Source: an uncultured Verrucomicrobiae bacterium
GTDB taxonomy: Bacteria; Verrucomicrobiota; Verrucomicrobiia; Chthoniobacterales; UBA10450
Direction of reading: 5' to 3'
Assembly (NCBI GenBank): GCA_963815455.1
Contig: CAWFGO010000003.1
Span: 224,001-288,000 of the forward strand
DNA length: 64,000 nucleotides
A model generated the notes under the pieces. It was not told the DNA's origin. It saw only the letters and a list, made by a program, of their open reading frames with translations, and did no database searches. A program made the position numbers and the translations under genes. Shown piece after piece: positions 21,161 through 32,880 of this stretch. Each line of letters begins with the position of its first letter. Positions within the stretch are counted from its first letter, which is position 1.

Positions 21161-22345
21161 CTAATCGAGCCAGCTCAACGGATATTTGTCGTCGTCCAGT
21201 TTGAGCGCTTCTTCTGTGAGCTCGAGTGTGTGCTCGGTATCGAACATGACCGCGAGCTCTTCCGTACGCGTGGCATCCTTGCTCGCCATAATTGTGCCCG
21301 GATGCGGCCCGTGCGGAATGCCGCGCGGGTGCAAGGTAATCGAACCGCTCTCGATTCCGCGACGCGAACCGAAATTTCCGCGCACATAAAACAGGACTTC
21401 GTCGGCTTCGACGTTATCGTGGACCCACGGAATTTTCACCGCTTCAGGGTGATAATCGAGCAGGCGCGGCGCGAACGTGCATACGACGTAACCGCGAATC
21501 TCGAAAGTTTGATGAATCGGCGGCGGCTGATGCACAGTCCCGGTGATTGGCTCGAAATCCTGCGCGTTGAAAGTGAACGGATACAAATAACCATCCCAAC
21601 CGACCGCATCGAACGGATGATGCGCCAGTGTCACCCGCGTAAATCGTCCGCCATCTTTCACCAGAACATCGACATCCTCCTCCTTGTCGATGGTGATGAT
21701 CTCGGTCGGCGCATGAAGATCACGCTCCGAATAAGGCGCACCCATCTTGATCTGGCCTTCGTGATTGAGATAGCGCGCCGGAATCCGGACTGGCCCGACC
21801 GATTCGAGAATAAGATAATCTTCCTCTTCAACCTTGTTGGGAACGAGCCGGTAAGTGATCCCGCGGGGAATAACGATGTAATCCTCGGCGCGATACGATA
21901 GCTTGCCGAAAACGGTCTCCACAATGCCACCGCCTTTGAAGACGAAGATGATTTCGTCCGCGCCGCCATTCTTGTAATACTCAAACTTGTCGTAGGCTTT
22001 GGCCGGACGCGCGCGGTAAGCGATCATGTCCTGATTGAACAACATCGGGATACGGCTGGTATAGAGATCGCCGCGACGTGGAATGTCCGCCGTCTTCAAA
22101 TGATGATGGCGCAATGGGCTGTCGGTGACTTTCTTCGGCTCCCAATGTTTGATCAACTCGACGTTGCGCACCCGCGTGGGCGGACGCAGGTGATACATGA
22201 TCGAATACGCCTCATCGAATCCCTGGGTAGTGAAGACGTGCTCGTAAGCGATGCCTTCGTTCTTGTAGGTCGGCGCGGCGCCATTACGATGGAACCAGAT
22301 GTGATGCTTCCGCGGAATTTTCCCCAGCTTTTGATAATATGGCAT
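21161..22345 (-). CDS. hmgA: Homogentisate 1,2-dioxygenase
   Basis: [39 protein letters not shown]. Confidence 0.93.
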   Translation of the reverse strand: MPYYQKLGKIPRKHHIWFHRNGAAPTYKNEGIAYEHVFTTQGFDEAYSIMYHLRPPTRVRNVELIKHWEPKKVTDSPLRHHHLKTADIPRRGDLYTSRIPMLFNQDMIAYRARPAKAYDKFEYYKNGGADEIIFVFKGGGIVETVFGKLSYRAEDYIVIPRGITYRLVPNKVEEEDYLILESVGPVRIPARYLNHEGQIKMGAPYSERDLHAPTEIITIDKEEDVDVLVKDGGRFTRVTLAHHPFDAVGWDGYLYPFTFNAQDFEPITGTVHQPPPIHQTFEIRGYVVCTFAPRLLDYHPEAVKIPWVHDNVEADEVLFYVRGNFGSRRGIESGSITLHPRGIPHGPHPGTIMASKDATRTEELAVMFDTEHTLELTEEALKLDDDKYPLSWLD

Positions 22346-22382
22346 GTCGATCTACCTCCTTTAAGTTGGCACCCGATTCTTA

Positions 22383-22470
22383 GCCCACGAAAAACACAAA
22401 ACGATTCTAAAGTTGGGAAGATCGGCTGGCAGCCTCCAATGGTTTCGTGTCATTCGTGTGTTTCGTGGGC
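22383..22470. repeat. Inverted ~9-bp-unit array (CACGAAAAA / TTCGTGT type)
   Basis: GCCCACGAAAAACACAAAA ... TTCGTGTCATTCGTGTGTTTCGTGGGC. Confidence 0.6.
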
Positions 22471-22473
22471 CAA

Positions 22474-23609
<1,136 letters not shown>

Positions 23610-23837
23610 GGATTGGGGCCTCCTAATTACGCGCTCTAATATAGGATCGACAATCACTGGCCGCAAGGCTTCCGCTCAGTGCCGGCCTTACTGCAAGTCG
23701 TCATTATTGTGCGATGTCGCGCAATTTCGCGACGACCCCGGTTGCGAGGAGTATACTTACCGCAAATGAATGCGAAGCACTTGGAAGTCGAGACTACTAC
23801 CAGTACCCCGCGCTCGTCTGAATTCTTAGTTTCGCTT

Positions 23838-24437
23838 CTAAGCTCTTTGCCTTCGCAGTTGGACAAAGCCGATCATCAAAGCCATCGGCAAAGCCAGCCA
23901 CAAAGTGGAGAAGGTCTCGGGCACCCCGAACACCGTTACATCGTCGAGATGAAAGAAGCCAGTATCGTTCTGAAAACCGAATTGCAGATCAGTGGTTGAA
24001 CCAGTCGCGAGCAGGCTGTTAAAGCTAAATTGGGTATAGGAACCTGGCGGAGTGAAGGTCTCAAAAATGAGTGCTCCATTCCAGAAAACTTGAAAGTCGA
24101 TGGTTCCGGGCGGATTGGGGCCCGGAGACATCGTGCCGTCGGCGTGCATGAAGAAGCTCAAATCGTAGGTAGCACCGGCAACGGTATCTAGAGATTGGGT
24201 CAGGAAGCCAAGCGAACCGACTGGACCGGCGAATGCTCCGAAGCTTCCTGAGAACGCGGAGGTGCCGTTGACACCCGTGTTACTAGTATTGCCGCTCTGG
24301 ATCCAATCGGTGAAGTCACCTTGCTCAAAACCCCCGTTTTTTACGATGTTGGTATGGGGAATAGCTAACACGCGAGAGGCCAGGCAGAGCGCCGCCACAG
24401 TCACCAATCTCAACATGACCTTTGACTGTTTTTTCAC
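23838..24437 (-). CDS. Exported protein with carbohydrate-binding-like domain and PEP-CTERM-like tail (VPETFS-TM-RR)
   Basis: Signal peptide; NGGFEQGDF; LDDVTV; C-terminal VPET, hydrophobic helix, basic tail. Confidence 0.8.
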   Translation of the reverse strand: MKKQSKVMLRLVTVAALCLASRVLAIPHTNIVKNGGFEQGDFTDWIQSGNTSNTGVNGTSAFSGSFGAFAGPVGSLGFLTQSLDTVAGATYDLSFFMHADGTMSPGPNPPGTIDFQVFWNGALIFETFTPPGSYTQFSFNSLLATGSTTDLQFGFQNDTGFFHLDDVTVFGVPETFSTLWLALPMALMIGFVQLRRQRA

Positions 24438-24562
24438 AGCTTATTTCTAGTTGTTCATCTTGTGACCTTTTGCGCGACCGAAGTCAATCTCCAATTTCTG
24501 AGAAAAATGGGGCGACTGTTGATAGGCGAGCAAATGATCAGGATTCGCGCTCACCGCTCGTG

Positions 24563-26815
24563 CTACTTCTTCGCGGGTTTTGGCGCGAGCGAAGAGACGA
24601 TTCTCTCGAAACGCGGATCGCCCCGGAGCGAATCCCATTGCGGCTGGAGCTTGAGAAAACCGTAGCTGAGGTAGTTCGGGACGCGCTCCACAGCGACAAT
24701 CTGGTCGATCGCGAGATCTTTCTCGCCGCTCCACGCGTAGATTTGCGCCAGATTAACCGCGAGGCAGACCCCGTCGACAGCGTCCTTGGAGATGGGCAAC
24801 AATTCGCATGCACGCCGGCCTTCGCGCAATGCCTCTTCCTTCCGTCCAAGACCTGCGTCGATCATACCCAGAAGGCTAAGAGCACCGGCGAAGTCGGGTT
24901 GTTTCTCCACGATTTTCTCCACCTTTGCGCGCGCGGCAGTAAACGCCACTTGTGCTTTCCCTAGGTCGCCCTGCCAACGAGCCACGACGCCTTCCCAATA
25001 GGCATGGGGATAGTTCACCTTGTGGTTCTCCACGCCATCGCGCGGATGATTCCTTAAAACCCGAGCAGCTGCAACGGCGGTTCGTTCGCAGAGGGCGTAG
25101 AAGGGGTCATCGGCTTCGGGCGCAACGCTCGGATCTTCGGCGAGCAATACGGCCAGCATAATCTCATAGGGCTTGATGTCCGCCTGCCAGTTAAGAGCAA
25201 CCTGCGCACGGTACATACGGGTCATGGGATCGCCGGGCACGACCTTCAGCATTCGCCCGTAGATACGCACTTCGTCGGCGTAGCGGCGCTGCCATTGGTA
25301 GGCCAGCGCCATGTTCAGAAGAGTAAAGTAGTTGCCTGGGTCCAGTTCCAGGAACCGTTCAAAGTTGTGCGTAGCTTCTTCCCAACGGCCCTGGCGGCGG
25401 TCAATGTAGCCGGTGTATTCGAATAGCCGAGTGCTATTGGGCAGTGTGCGCTTGGCGTTAGCTAACTCAGCGCGAGCATGCTCGTAATCGCTGACAACGT
25501 GATAGTAATAATCAGCTAGGGCAAGATGGGCTTCGCCCGAATCGGGCTGGAGGCGCAGAGCTGATTGCACGGCCGTATTAGCGAGATCAAAACGAGCGGG
25601 CGTGCGCTCGTAGCCGTCGTTATAAATATTGCCGTGCACTCGCGCCAGCAGACACCAGGCCTGAAAAAAGCGCGGATCGCGAACGACAGCTTCATCGAGA
25701 AAGCTAGCGGCCTGGGTCAAATTCGCCCTGCCTTGGATTGGGTTTGAGCTAGCGGCGAAAAGGGCTTGGGCGCGCAGGTAGAGGTCGTAGGCGGCGAGAT
25801 CGGTTGTGGCCGGCTTTTCGATCGCTGCCTTTTCGCTCGGGGAAAGCTTGGCTTGAAGTTGATCGGCAATTGCCTTGGCAATCTCGCTCTGGATGGCGAA
25901 GACGTCGCCGAGCGGACGATCGTATTCTTCCGCCCATGAATGCGCATCGGTCCGAGCGTCAATCAGCTGCGCACTCACCCGCACTTTCCCGCCGGTCCGT
26001 TGCACACTGCCTTCCAGGATGTGGGCAACGCCAAGTTGCCTGGCGATCTCAGGCAGGTTTTCAGGCGCGCTCTTGTAATGCTGCGTGGATGTGCGGGAGA
26101 TGACCTTCAGATCGGCGATCTTCGATAAACGCGTCAGAATCTCGTCCTGGATGCCGTCAGCAAAATAGGCGTTAGCTCTGTCTTCGCTCCGGTTTTCGAA
26201 CGGCAAGACGGCGATCGATTTTTCCAGCGCGAAAGCAGAAGATGCAGTTCGCCAGCCAAACCGAGGTGAGAAAATGTAAAGTCCTGTGGCGGTCGCGACC
26301 GCAACAAGGACAAGCGTGGCGATCAAAGCGCGTGATCGTCGAACCGGTTTCGCATTGGATACCGCAATCGCCGGAGCGGCGCCACCCGAAAGCAATCGCT
26401 TCACGCGTTCGGCAAACGCCGCACTCGTCTCGCCGCCCACGAGGCGCGACCATTGTCGCTCGCGGAACCGGTCCGGCACGCGGGCTAACCCTTCAGAAGT
26501 TTCATCGATCACCACCGGCAGCAGGAATGCCTGGTCATCGGCCATAAGGTGTGAGCGATCGATCGCGAGTTTCCATTCCAGTCGGAAATAACCTTCACTG
26601 CGCGCGTTCGTGTTCGCAGAGATCACCGGCACGAACAAGGCGCACTCCTTTATCTGCTTGCGAATTGACGCATCCCAGGCGTCGCCGCCGCGCAACTCGC
26701 TTCGGTCGAACCACACGTCAAGCCCCGCCAAGCGCAACGCATCGCAAATGCGCTGCACAGCTTCCGCGTCCTGCGACGCATAGCTAAGGAAAACAGCTTT
26801 GGTAGGTTCACTCAT
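24563..26815 (-). CDS. TIR domain - TM - TolB_N/FlgO-like - TPR protein
   Basis: VFLSYASQD, VWFD, GDAW, FRLEW (TIR); SIAVLPFENRS, FADGIQDEIL; TPR-like helices; DSLRGDPRF end. Confidence 0.9.
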   Translation of the reverse strand: MSEPTKAVFLSYASQDAEAVQRICDALRLAGLDVWFDRSELRGGDAWDASIRKQIKECALFVPVISANTNARSEGYFRLEWKLAIDRSHLMADDQAFLLPVVIDETSEGLARVPDRFRERQWSRLVGGETSAAFAERVKRLLSGGAAPAIAVSNAKPVRRSRALIATLVLVAVATATGLYIFSPRFGWRTASSAFALEKSIAVLPFENRSEDRANAYFADGIQDEILTRLSKIADLKVISRTSTQHYKSAPENLPEIARQLGVAHILEGSVQRTGGKVRVSAQLIDARTDAHSWAEEYDRPLGDVFAIQSEIAKAIADQLQAKLSPSEKAAIEKPATTDLAAYDLYLRAQALFAASSNPIQGRANLTQAASFLDEAVVRDPRFFQAWCLLARVHGNIYNDGYERTPARFDLANTAVQSALRLQPDSGEAHLALADYYYHVVSDYEHARAELANAKRTLPNSTRLFEYTGYIDRRQGRWEEATHNFERFLELDPGNYFTLLNMALAYQWQRRYADEVRIYGRMLKVVPGDPMTRMYRAQVALNWQADIKPYEIMLAVLLAEDPSVAPEADDPFYALCERTAVAAARVLRNHPRDGVENHKVNYPHAYWEGVVARWQGDLGKAQVAFTAARAKVEKIVEKQPDFAGALSLLGMIDAGLGRKEEALREGRRACELLPISKDAVDGVCLAVNLAQIYAWSGEKDLAIDQIVAVERVPNYLSYGFLKLQPQWDSLRGDPRFERIVSSLAPKPAKK

Positions 26816-27043
26816 GGATACATCTGCCCGGCCCGCAATGCACCGGTGCGATCTTGATCGATCGCCCTGCGACTTGCACGTCTTAAAACTGCTCTGACGT
26901 GCGAACGGCTTGAGTCAGTTCATCAAGCGCCGCGCGCTATTCGTTAATCAGAAGCTTGGAGCAACCAACGAGATCGATGAACAAGACATAGGCGATCTCG
27001 AGTTGGATTTCTCTCTTGATCGGGCCGGCCATCTCAGAGGCTA

Positions 27044-27958
27044 CTAAAAATTGGGAATTTTCACGATACTGCCATTTGCCTTCGGGTCCCTTGGATCCTT
27101 CACCACGGTCACGAACAATTCTTTCTCGCCTTCGCCGAAGGCGACGTTGGTCGTGCCATCACCCGCTCCGATCTCGAAGACGTGCAGAAGTTTTCCCTCG
27201 GGAGATATTTTCAAAATTTTGCCGCCGAACCATTGAGCGACGTACAGGTTGCCCTTCCTGTCGATCTTCATGCTGTCGGGCCCGAGCCACCAGGACTTCT
27301 TCTTATCTTTCACGAGAACAGTGAGCAGAGCGAAATTCGATCGGTGGCTCAACGTGCCGTCGTCATTGATCGTGAACTTCAGGACGCAATTCCCAACGGT
27401 TTCGCTGACGTAGAGAGTTTTTTGGTCGGGTGAGACGCCGATTCCATTGGCGTAATTCAGATCGTTCGCGACCTCGACCCATTGCTGACTGTCCGGCGCA
27501 AGATACAGGATTTTTCCCACTACGAAGGTGGGCAGGTCGGCGTAGGGGCCAAAAACCGTGGCATACGCAGCACCGTTTGGCGCTACCACAATGTCATTGA
27601 TACCGCCATCAAATGGCTGGCCGTTCTTGTCGGCGTCCCACCGGCGCAATTGCTTGCCGGTCATGTCGAGTTCCAGGATCGCCCCATGCTCGTCGGTGCA
27701 AGCGAGTAGGAATGTCTTTTGTTTCGTGAGCGCCAACCCGTTATGGCCGCAACCCTCGGTGTGATTTAGTACGGTCGCCGTCTTGCCATCCCACTTCGAA
27801 AGCGTGTTTGAGACCCAGCCCACGTAGTAAAGGTTGCCGTCGATGTGCAGCGGGCCTTCCGGTCCAAGGACATTGCTCACGATGGTGGTCTCCCCGGCCC
27901 ACGCCGGCGCAACCAACATCACGCCGAGCACGAAGCAGATAACTTTGTTTGTTCTCAT
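27044..27958 (-). CDS. SMP-30/gluconolactonase family beta-propeller, exported
   Basis: GPEGP, INDIVV, ANGIGVSPD, PDSMKIDRKGNLYVA. Confidence 0.9.
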   Translation of the reverse strand: MRTNKVICFVLGVMLVAPAWAGETTIVSNVLGPEGPLHIDGNLYYVGWVSNTLSKWDGKTATVLNHTEGCGHNGLALTKQKTFLLACTDEHGAILELDMTGKQLRRWDADKNGQPFDGGINDIVVAPNGAAYATVFGPYADLPTFVVGKILYLAPDSQQWVEVANDLNYANGIGVSPDQKTLYVSETVGNCVLKFTINDDGTLSHRSNFALLTVLVKDKKKSWWLGPDSMKIDRKGNLYVAQWFGGKILKISPEGKLLHVFEIGAGDGTTNVAFGEGEKELFVTVVKDPRDPKANGSIVKIPNF

Positions 27959-28295
27959 TCTTGATTTCTTTGGTGGGCAGAATGCAGTCGCAGCCTCTTC
28001 CGTCGAGCGCGATTGATTTCCGCCCCTGTTTGGCTGGCAGGCGCGGGATGATCGCAGCGCAGAGCGCGAACGAATCTTTTCCCGCACGCGATTCTGGTCT
28101 CTCTCTGGCTCGATAGTCCAGCGAAACAAATTGACTTACCAGTGCAGACGCACTATCGCAGTCTAACGCAATAAAGCGAAAACCCGGTTTCTCAACCGGT
28201 TTGGCGACAACAGCTAATAATTGTCGTCCGCCGCGACCTAAACATTGAGTGTGGTCGGCTCAACCATAACGGGGGTTTCCCGGAGGAAGATAGAA

Positions 28296-28784
28296 ATGAA
28301 AAAATTAATGTTGGTATTAATCGCGTCGGCCTGTTGCTCGGCTTTGACGATGAACGCTTCGGCTCAGCAAGCCGATCAGGCAATAGCCGATGCCGTCATT
28401 GCCATGACGAAGGCGCAATGGGCGGCTGGAATGAAAGATCCGACGAATGTTACCGAACAGTCGAAGGACATGTCGGATGACTACACCGAGTTCAACGGCC
28501 AGTTTGCTACCCGCCTCGACGGGAAAGCAATGAATTCGCGACTGGCCGAGGCTCTCGGAAAAGACTCTGCCAAGGGTATCGCGGCGGAAATGGCTAATCC
28601 CAAGGTCCAGGTATACAACGGCAATACTGCCATCCTGACCTACAACTATGTCGGGCTTACCCAGGACAAGGACGGCAAGACGACACCGGACCGCGCAAAA
28701 TCAACGCGCGTTTTTGTGAAGAAGGGCGACAAATGGATGTTGGTCCACGCAAATTTTGCGTCGGATCCGCTGCCAAAACAATAA
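28296..28784 (+). CDS. NTF2-like (DUF4440-type) exported protein
   Basis: Signal peptide; KVQVYNGNTAIL, STRVFVKKGDKWMLVH. Confidence 0.8.
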   Translation: MKKLMLVLIASACCSALTMNASAQQADQAIADAVIAMTKAQWAAGMKDPTNVTEQSKDMSDDYTEFNGQFATRLDGKAMNSRLAEALGKDSAKGIAAEMANPKVQVYNGNTAILTYNYVGLTQDKDGKTTPDRAKSTRVFVKKGDKWMLVHANFASDPLPKQ

Positions 28785-28805
28785 GACCCAGGAAAATCTG
28801 AGAAG

Positions 28806-28843
28806 GGGCCGCCCGTGCGCGTTAGCGTTCTGGCGGCCCTTTT
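28806..28843 (+). terminator. Probable intrinsic terminator
   Basis: GGGCCGCC...GGCGGCCC stem followed by TTTT just after the stop codon. Confidence 0.5.
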
Positions 28844-28905
28844 CCTGTACTCGCGCCGACTTCCCTTTCGCCGCGGCACGGAGCCTCGAGCGCAACACAG
28901 CGCTG

Positions 28906-29838
28906 CTACAACCGTGGTAGCAAATGAATCGTAGCGATCATGCAGCGGGCACTCCCGCCGGCAAGTTCGATGGTAGGGAGTTCAAGCGAGACGAGTCGCG
29001 CATAACGGCTCAACTTTTCGCGTTGTTCGTTACTCAATTCTCGAGCGGCGCGGCTGGAAAGCACTAGCTGTTTCACTCCATCGTTATTGTGTAGTTCAAT
29101 GGCATTGCCGGCGAAGTTTTCGATCTGATCGGCCGATAATTCCACGATCTCTTTTCCGGTGTTCTCCAAATGGGTCCGCACTTCTTGTCGCTCGGCTTTG
29201 TTCCGAATCATCTCCAGACCAACCAACGCAAAGTCGGTTCCGATGCACATCATCACGTTGGTGTGATAGATCGGCTCGCCGTTGGAACCGATGCTGGTGA
29301 AGGTCACCGGTTCGTAGCCGAAATCGTCGGCAAAGCGTTGGATCATTTTCGAATTCGAGCGATTCGAGAGCGAGACGTAGGCAATTTTGTTCAAGTGATC
29401 GAGCACAAGACTGCCCGTGCCTTCCAGGCAGCAACCGTCGTCCTCGAAGGGCGAGTAATCGATTACCTCGGTTACTCGATAGCGCCTGCGCAGTTCGTCG
29501 ATGATGTCCTGCCGACGCTCGCGTCGCCGCAGGGCTGAATACATGGGGAAAAGCGCGATCCGTCCATCATGATGGGTCGAGATCCAGTTGTTTGGAAAAA
29601 CCGCGTCCGGTTTTTCCGGCTCGGCTGTGTCGTCGAAGACATGCACGTTTACGCCGGCCGCGCGCAGCGTTTGCACGGCTGCGTCGAATTCGTTTCTCGC
29701 GGCGACCGTCAACGCATTCACATTGCCATGGGCATCGCGTTGGAACGCGTTATCTGCCGCCGTTTCCGGATTGGGGTAAAACCGGCAGGGACGGATCATC
29801 AACACCGAATCGGTGCTTTGTGCATGCGCTCGTCCCAT
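28906..29838 (-). CDS. Amidinotransferase-family hydrolase (arginine deiminase-related / CtlX-like)
   Basis: PDAVFPNNW, LEGTGS, IYHTNVMM, GGSARCM. Confidence 0.9.
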   Translation of the reverse strand: MGRAHAQSTDSVLMIRPCRFYPNPETAADNAFQRDAHGNVNALTVAARNEFDAAVQTLRAAGVNVHVFDDTAEPEKPDAVFPNNWISTHHDGRIALFPMYSALRRRERRQDIIDELRRRYRVTEVIDYSPFEDDGCCLEGTGSLVLDHLNKIAYVSLSNRSNSKMIQRFADDFGYEPVTFTSIGSNGEPIYHTNVMMCIGTDFALVGLEMIRNKAERQEVRTHLENTGKEIVELSADQIENFAGNAIELHNNDGVKQLVLSSRAARELSNEQREKLSRYARLVSLELPTIELAGGSARCMIATIHLLPRL

Positions 29839-29928
29839 CACACAAAGGACACCAAGGTAACCACGGTCGCCACGTTGAAACCTAATTTTTCGCAGTGCCC
29901 TTTGCGATCCGTTGTGATCGTGGTGTGA
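29838..29928. repeat. Inverted ~9-bp-unit array (CACAAAGG type)
   Basis: TCACACAAAGGACACCAAGG ... CCTTTGCGATCCGTTGTGATCGTGGTGTGA. Confidence 0.5.
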
Positions 29929-29934
29929 GATCCC

Positions 29935-31011
29935 CTAGTCGCCGAAAGAAATGTCCACATCTCGCGCGGTCTGGACCAGCTCGCCATTGGGCGGAACGAG
30001 GCGAAGGCGATTGACGGCATCGGCGATCGGTACGTGGCGGACTTGATAATTCTGGTAGCTGACCATCGAGCCGAAGTGGCCTTCGTTGGCCAGCTGGACG
30101 GCTTTGACCCCGAAACGCGTCGCCAGAATCCGATCCAGCACAGTCGGCGCGCCGCCCCGCTGCAAGTGGCCAAGCACGCAGCAGCGCGTCTCTTTGCCAG
30201 TGCGTTTCGCAATCTCGTGCGACACAATCTCGCCGATCCCGCCCAGTCGAAATTCGCCGCCTTCGACTTCGTGTTTCACTTGTTGACCATGCCGGGGCCG
30301 CGCTCCTTCGGCGACGACCATGACCGTCCCCAAATAGCCGGCCATATCGCGGGCTTTGATTACATCGGCAATTTTTTCGTAATCGAATGGGATTTCCGGA
30401 ATCAAAATAATATCGGCGCCGCCGGCGATGCCGCCGTGGAGCGCGATCCAACCCGCGTGCCGTCCCATTGCTTCGACGACCATCACGCGCTTATGACTGG
30501 TGGCCGTGGTGTGCAGCCGATCCAGCGCGTCCATGACAACATCGACAGCAGAGTCGAATCCGAACGTTGTCGCTGTAGCTTCGAGATCGTTGTCGATCGT
30601 TTTCGGGACCCCGATGCAATCGATCCCGGCTTCCTGCAATTGCTGGGCCGTCGCCATGGATCCGTCGCCGCCGACGATGATCAGCGCTTTGACCTTCAGA
30701 TCATGCAGAATCCTCTTCGCGCCCGCGATCACGTTCGCAGGTACAATCGTCCGATCCCCCGCGCCGACTTTGGCGACGAAGTGGCCGCGATTGGTCGTCC
30801 CGATGATCGTGCCGCCCAGGGCCATGATTCCGCTCGTGTTTTTGTGATCGAGAACCATGTGATCGCCCGGCGGGATGAGACCTTCAAACCCATCGCGAAA
30901 ACCGATCACTTCCCAACCGAGCTTTTCCGCGGCAAGGACGACGCCGCGCAACACCGCGTTGAGCCCCGGGCAATCGCCACCGCTGGTTAAAACACCAATC
31001 CGTGGCCTCAT
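29935..31011 (-). CDS. pfkA: 6-phosphofructokinase
   Basis: TSGGDCPGLN, GGDGS, PKTIDND, MGRHAG, LGHLQRGG. Confidence 0.96.
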   Translation of the reverse strand: MRPRIGVLTSGGDCPGLNAVLRGVVLAAEKLGWEVIGFRDGFEGLIPPGDHMVLDHKNTSGIMALGGTIIGTTNRGHFVAKVGAGDRTIVPANVIAGAKRILHDLKVKALIIVGGDGSMATAQQLQEAGIDCIGVPKTIDNDLEATATTFGFDSAVDVVMDALDRLHTTATSHKRVMVVEAMGRHAGWIALHGGIAGGADIILIPEIPFDYEKIADVIKARDMAGYLGTVMVVAEGARPRHGQQVKHEVEGGEFRLGGIGEIVSHEIAKRTGKETRCCVLGHLQRGGAPTVLDRILATRFGVKAVQLANEGHFGSMVSYQNYQVRHVPIADAVNRLRLVPPNGELVQTARDVDISFGD

Positions 31012-31026
31012 ATTATTAAGAATGAT

Positions 31027-31977
31027 TCAGAGCAACTTGTTGGGATCGACCTGGCGACCGGCTGCGGCCCATTGATCGTAAAGCTGCCAACCGCGTTCAA
31101 CCAGCCCGGCGCCTTCGCCAAACCGATTCGGACTGCCCAGCAAGACCACAATGATTCGTCGCGGGAATACCGTTGCGCTATTCTCGCTGTGCTTGATTAC
31201 TTCCGATTCCTGGACCGAAGAGAGAATCAGGCAATCGCCAGCTCGAGCCGTCCGCCCGGTCTTAACGCCGTCGATCCCGCGGGTCCCGAGCAGCTCGTTG
31301 GTGTTGCGTAGAAGGTAATTCACTTTGCGGCCGCCCCGTTGAAACGAGATTTGCCGCTCCTTCTGCGAAACATAAAAGCGGAAGCTCGCCTTGCTCATCG
31401 CATAACGGGCCAGCCGCGCCATGTCTTCTGCGGTCGTGTAAGGCAGCGGCCGCACCTTGTCGTCGATGCCATGGGGATTGACAAAACGAGTGCGCTCCAT
31501 TTTCAATGTCTTGGCCAGCGCATTCATTTGACCAACAAAAATGTCCACCGGTGTCGCCTTCGCATCCTGCCCCGCTGGGGCCGGAATGGTCGATCCCACG
31601 TAGCTGGCCAGCGTGTAGGCGGCGATGTTATCCGATTGAACGAGCGCGGCATAAATCAAATCGCGCAGCTCGATGGCATCGCCCGGCTGAAACCCAATAT
31701 TGTTCTCGCCAGTGCCGACAAATGCTGACGAGGGAATCGTCACGGCCTGGCTGAGATTTGCGCCCTTCCGTTCCGCCCAATCCAGGATCACCATCGCGGT
31801 GGCGACCTTGGTCAGGCTGCCAACCTGGCGCTTTTGCCGCGGCTCCTGGGATTGCAAGATCGAGCCCGTCTGTGCATCGACAATAATGAACGCCTGGGCG
31901 CCAGCAGCCGAGCGAAGGCTGCCCGCGAGAGCCAGAACCGAAGTTAAAAGGATAAGAGAGTGGCGTGAAATCCTCAC
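31027..31977 (-). CDS. D-alanyl-D-alanine carboxypeptidase (peptidase S11)
   Basis: SLTK, SDN, KTG motifs; NPHG. Confidence 0.9.
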   Translation of the reverse strand: MRISRHSLILLTSVLALAGSLRSAAGAQAFIIVDAQTGSILQSQEPRQKRQVGSLTKVATAMVILDWAERKGANLSQAVTIPSSAFVGTGENNIGFQPGDAIELRDLIYAALVQSDNIAAYTLASYVGSTIPAPAGQDAKATPVDIFVGQMNALAKTLKMERTRFVNPHGIDDKVRPLPYTTAEDMARLARYAMSKASFRFYVSQKERQISFQRGGRKVNYLLRNTNELLGTRGIDGVKTGRTARAGDCLILSSVQESEVIKHSENSATVFPRRIIVVLLGSPNRFGEGAGLVERGWQLYDQWAAAGRQVDPNKLL

Positions 31978-32041
31978 GGAGGCGCACCTTAATCAGTGCG
32001 GCCGGATTGGCAACCGAAACAAGAACCTTGCTGTAGCGCGA

Positions 32042-32722
32042 TTATTGCAGTGCTGGTGCCGTCCGAGCAGCATAACGGCCCGGATTCGTGCTCAAGGTCA
32101 GATAGACTCGCTCTGCGGCGTTGCGCAGATCGAAATGAGCCGCCTTGCCCAAACCACTGGCGCGCAGGGTGCCAAGCTTGCCCTGGTATCCGCTGCCCCC
32201 GGCCATATCGAATTCGTAAACCACCGTATGCCGTTCGACGTCCGTCACTTTCACGTGAATCGCAAGATACGAGCGGCCTGCTCCGAAATTTCCAAAGAAG
32301 AATCGCCCCACCGGACTCCCACCGTCTACCGCCGTGAAATTACCTTCTATCAGCCAGCCTACCCGCGGTGATTCGTTGTCCTTGAGGATTCGCACCGGAG
32401 CGATGCGCTCCAGCTCTTCCTTCATGTCTTCAGCAAGCTCGACCGGGGTCAACGCTTTGCGGATCGGCATTTCGCCATCGGAAGCGGCCAAGTCCCCCTG
32501 GAAAACAGCGTTGTCGATGCAAAATGGCCGGATATAAATCGCCGCCGGATTGCTCGCGCCCACGCCGCAATTGGTGGTCATGTAGATGCCTTTTGAGAAG
32601 TCTTTGCCATCGGTGGGAGCGGATGCACCGCCGCCCGGGGTAGCCACATCGGTTTTGGTGACAACCATGTTTGCGCAAGAGCAGAGGAACACGCTGGAGA
32701 CGATGACGATAAACGATTTCAT
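32042..32722 (-). CDS. Lipoprotein, DUF4410-like
   Basis: Lipobox-like LCSC; IYIRPF; DGGS..RFF..FGAGRS. Confidence 0.7.
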   Translation of the reverse strand: MKSFIVIVSSVFLCSCANMVVTKTDVATPGGGASAPTDGKDFSKGIYMTTNCGVGASNPAAIYIRPFCIDNAVFQGDLAASDGEMPIRKALTPVELAEDMKEELERIAPVRILKDNESPRVGWLIEGNFTAVDGGSPVGRFFFGNFGAGRSYLAIHVKVTDVERHTVVYEFDMAGGSGYQGKLGTLRASGLGKAAHFDLRNAAERVYLTLSTNPGRYAARTAPALQ

Positions 32723-32799
32723 AATTAGGGAGCGATAAACGATTCGCGACCGCTGTCTGATGCAACTCTCGTGCCGTCCACGAGGGAAAAACGCTCCCC

Positions 32800-32848
32800 G
32801 CGGCATGGGCTTCCGGCCCAGGTCCCATCGGCTGGAAGCCGATGCCAC
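32800..32848. repeat. GTGG-type REP doublet (relative of 13148-13196)
   Basis: GGCATGGGCTTCCGGCCCA / CATCGGCTGGAAGCCGATGCCAC. Confidence 0.65.
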
Positions 32849-32880
32849 CTCTGGAGGGGAAGCTGACAGCTTCCCGCCGA

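Noticed and set aside
23610..23837. Possible structured leader RNA upstream of hppD
   Set aside because: Only a short hairpin (GTCGCG..CGCGAC); no riboswitch consensus recognised
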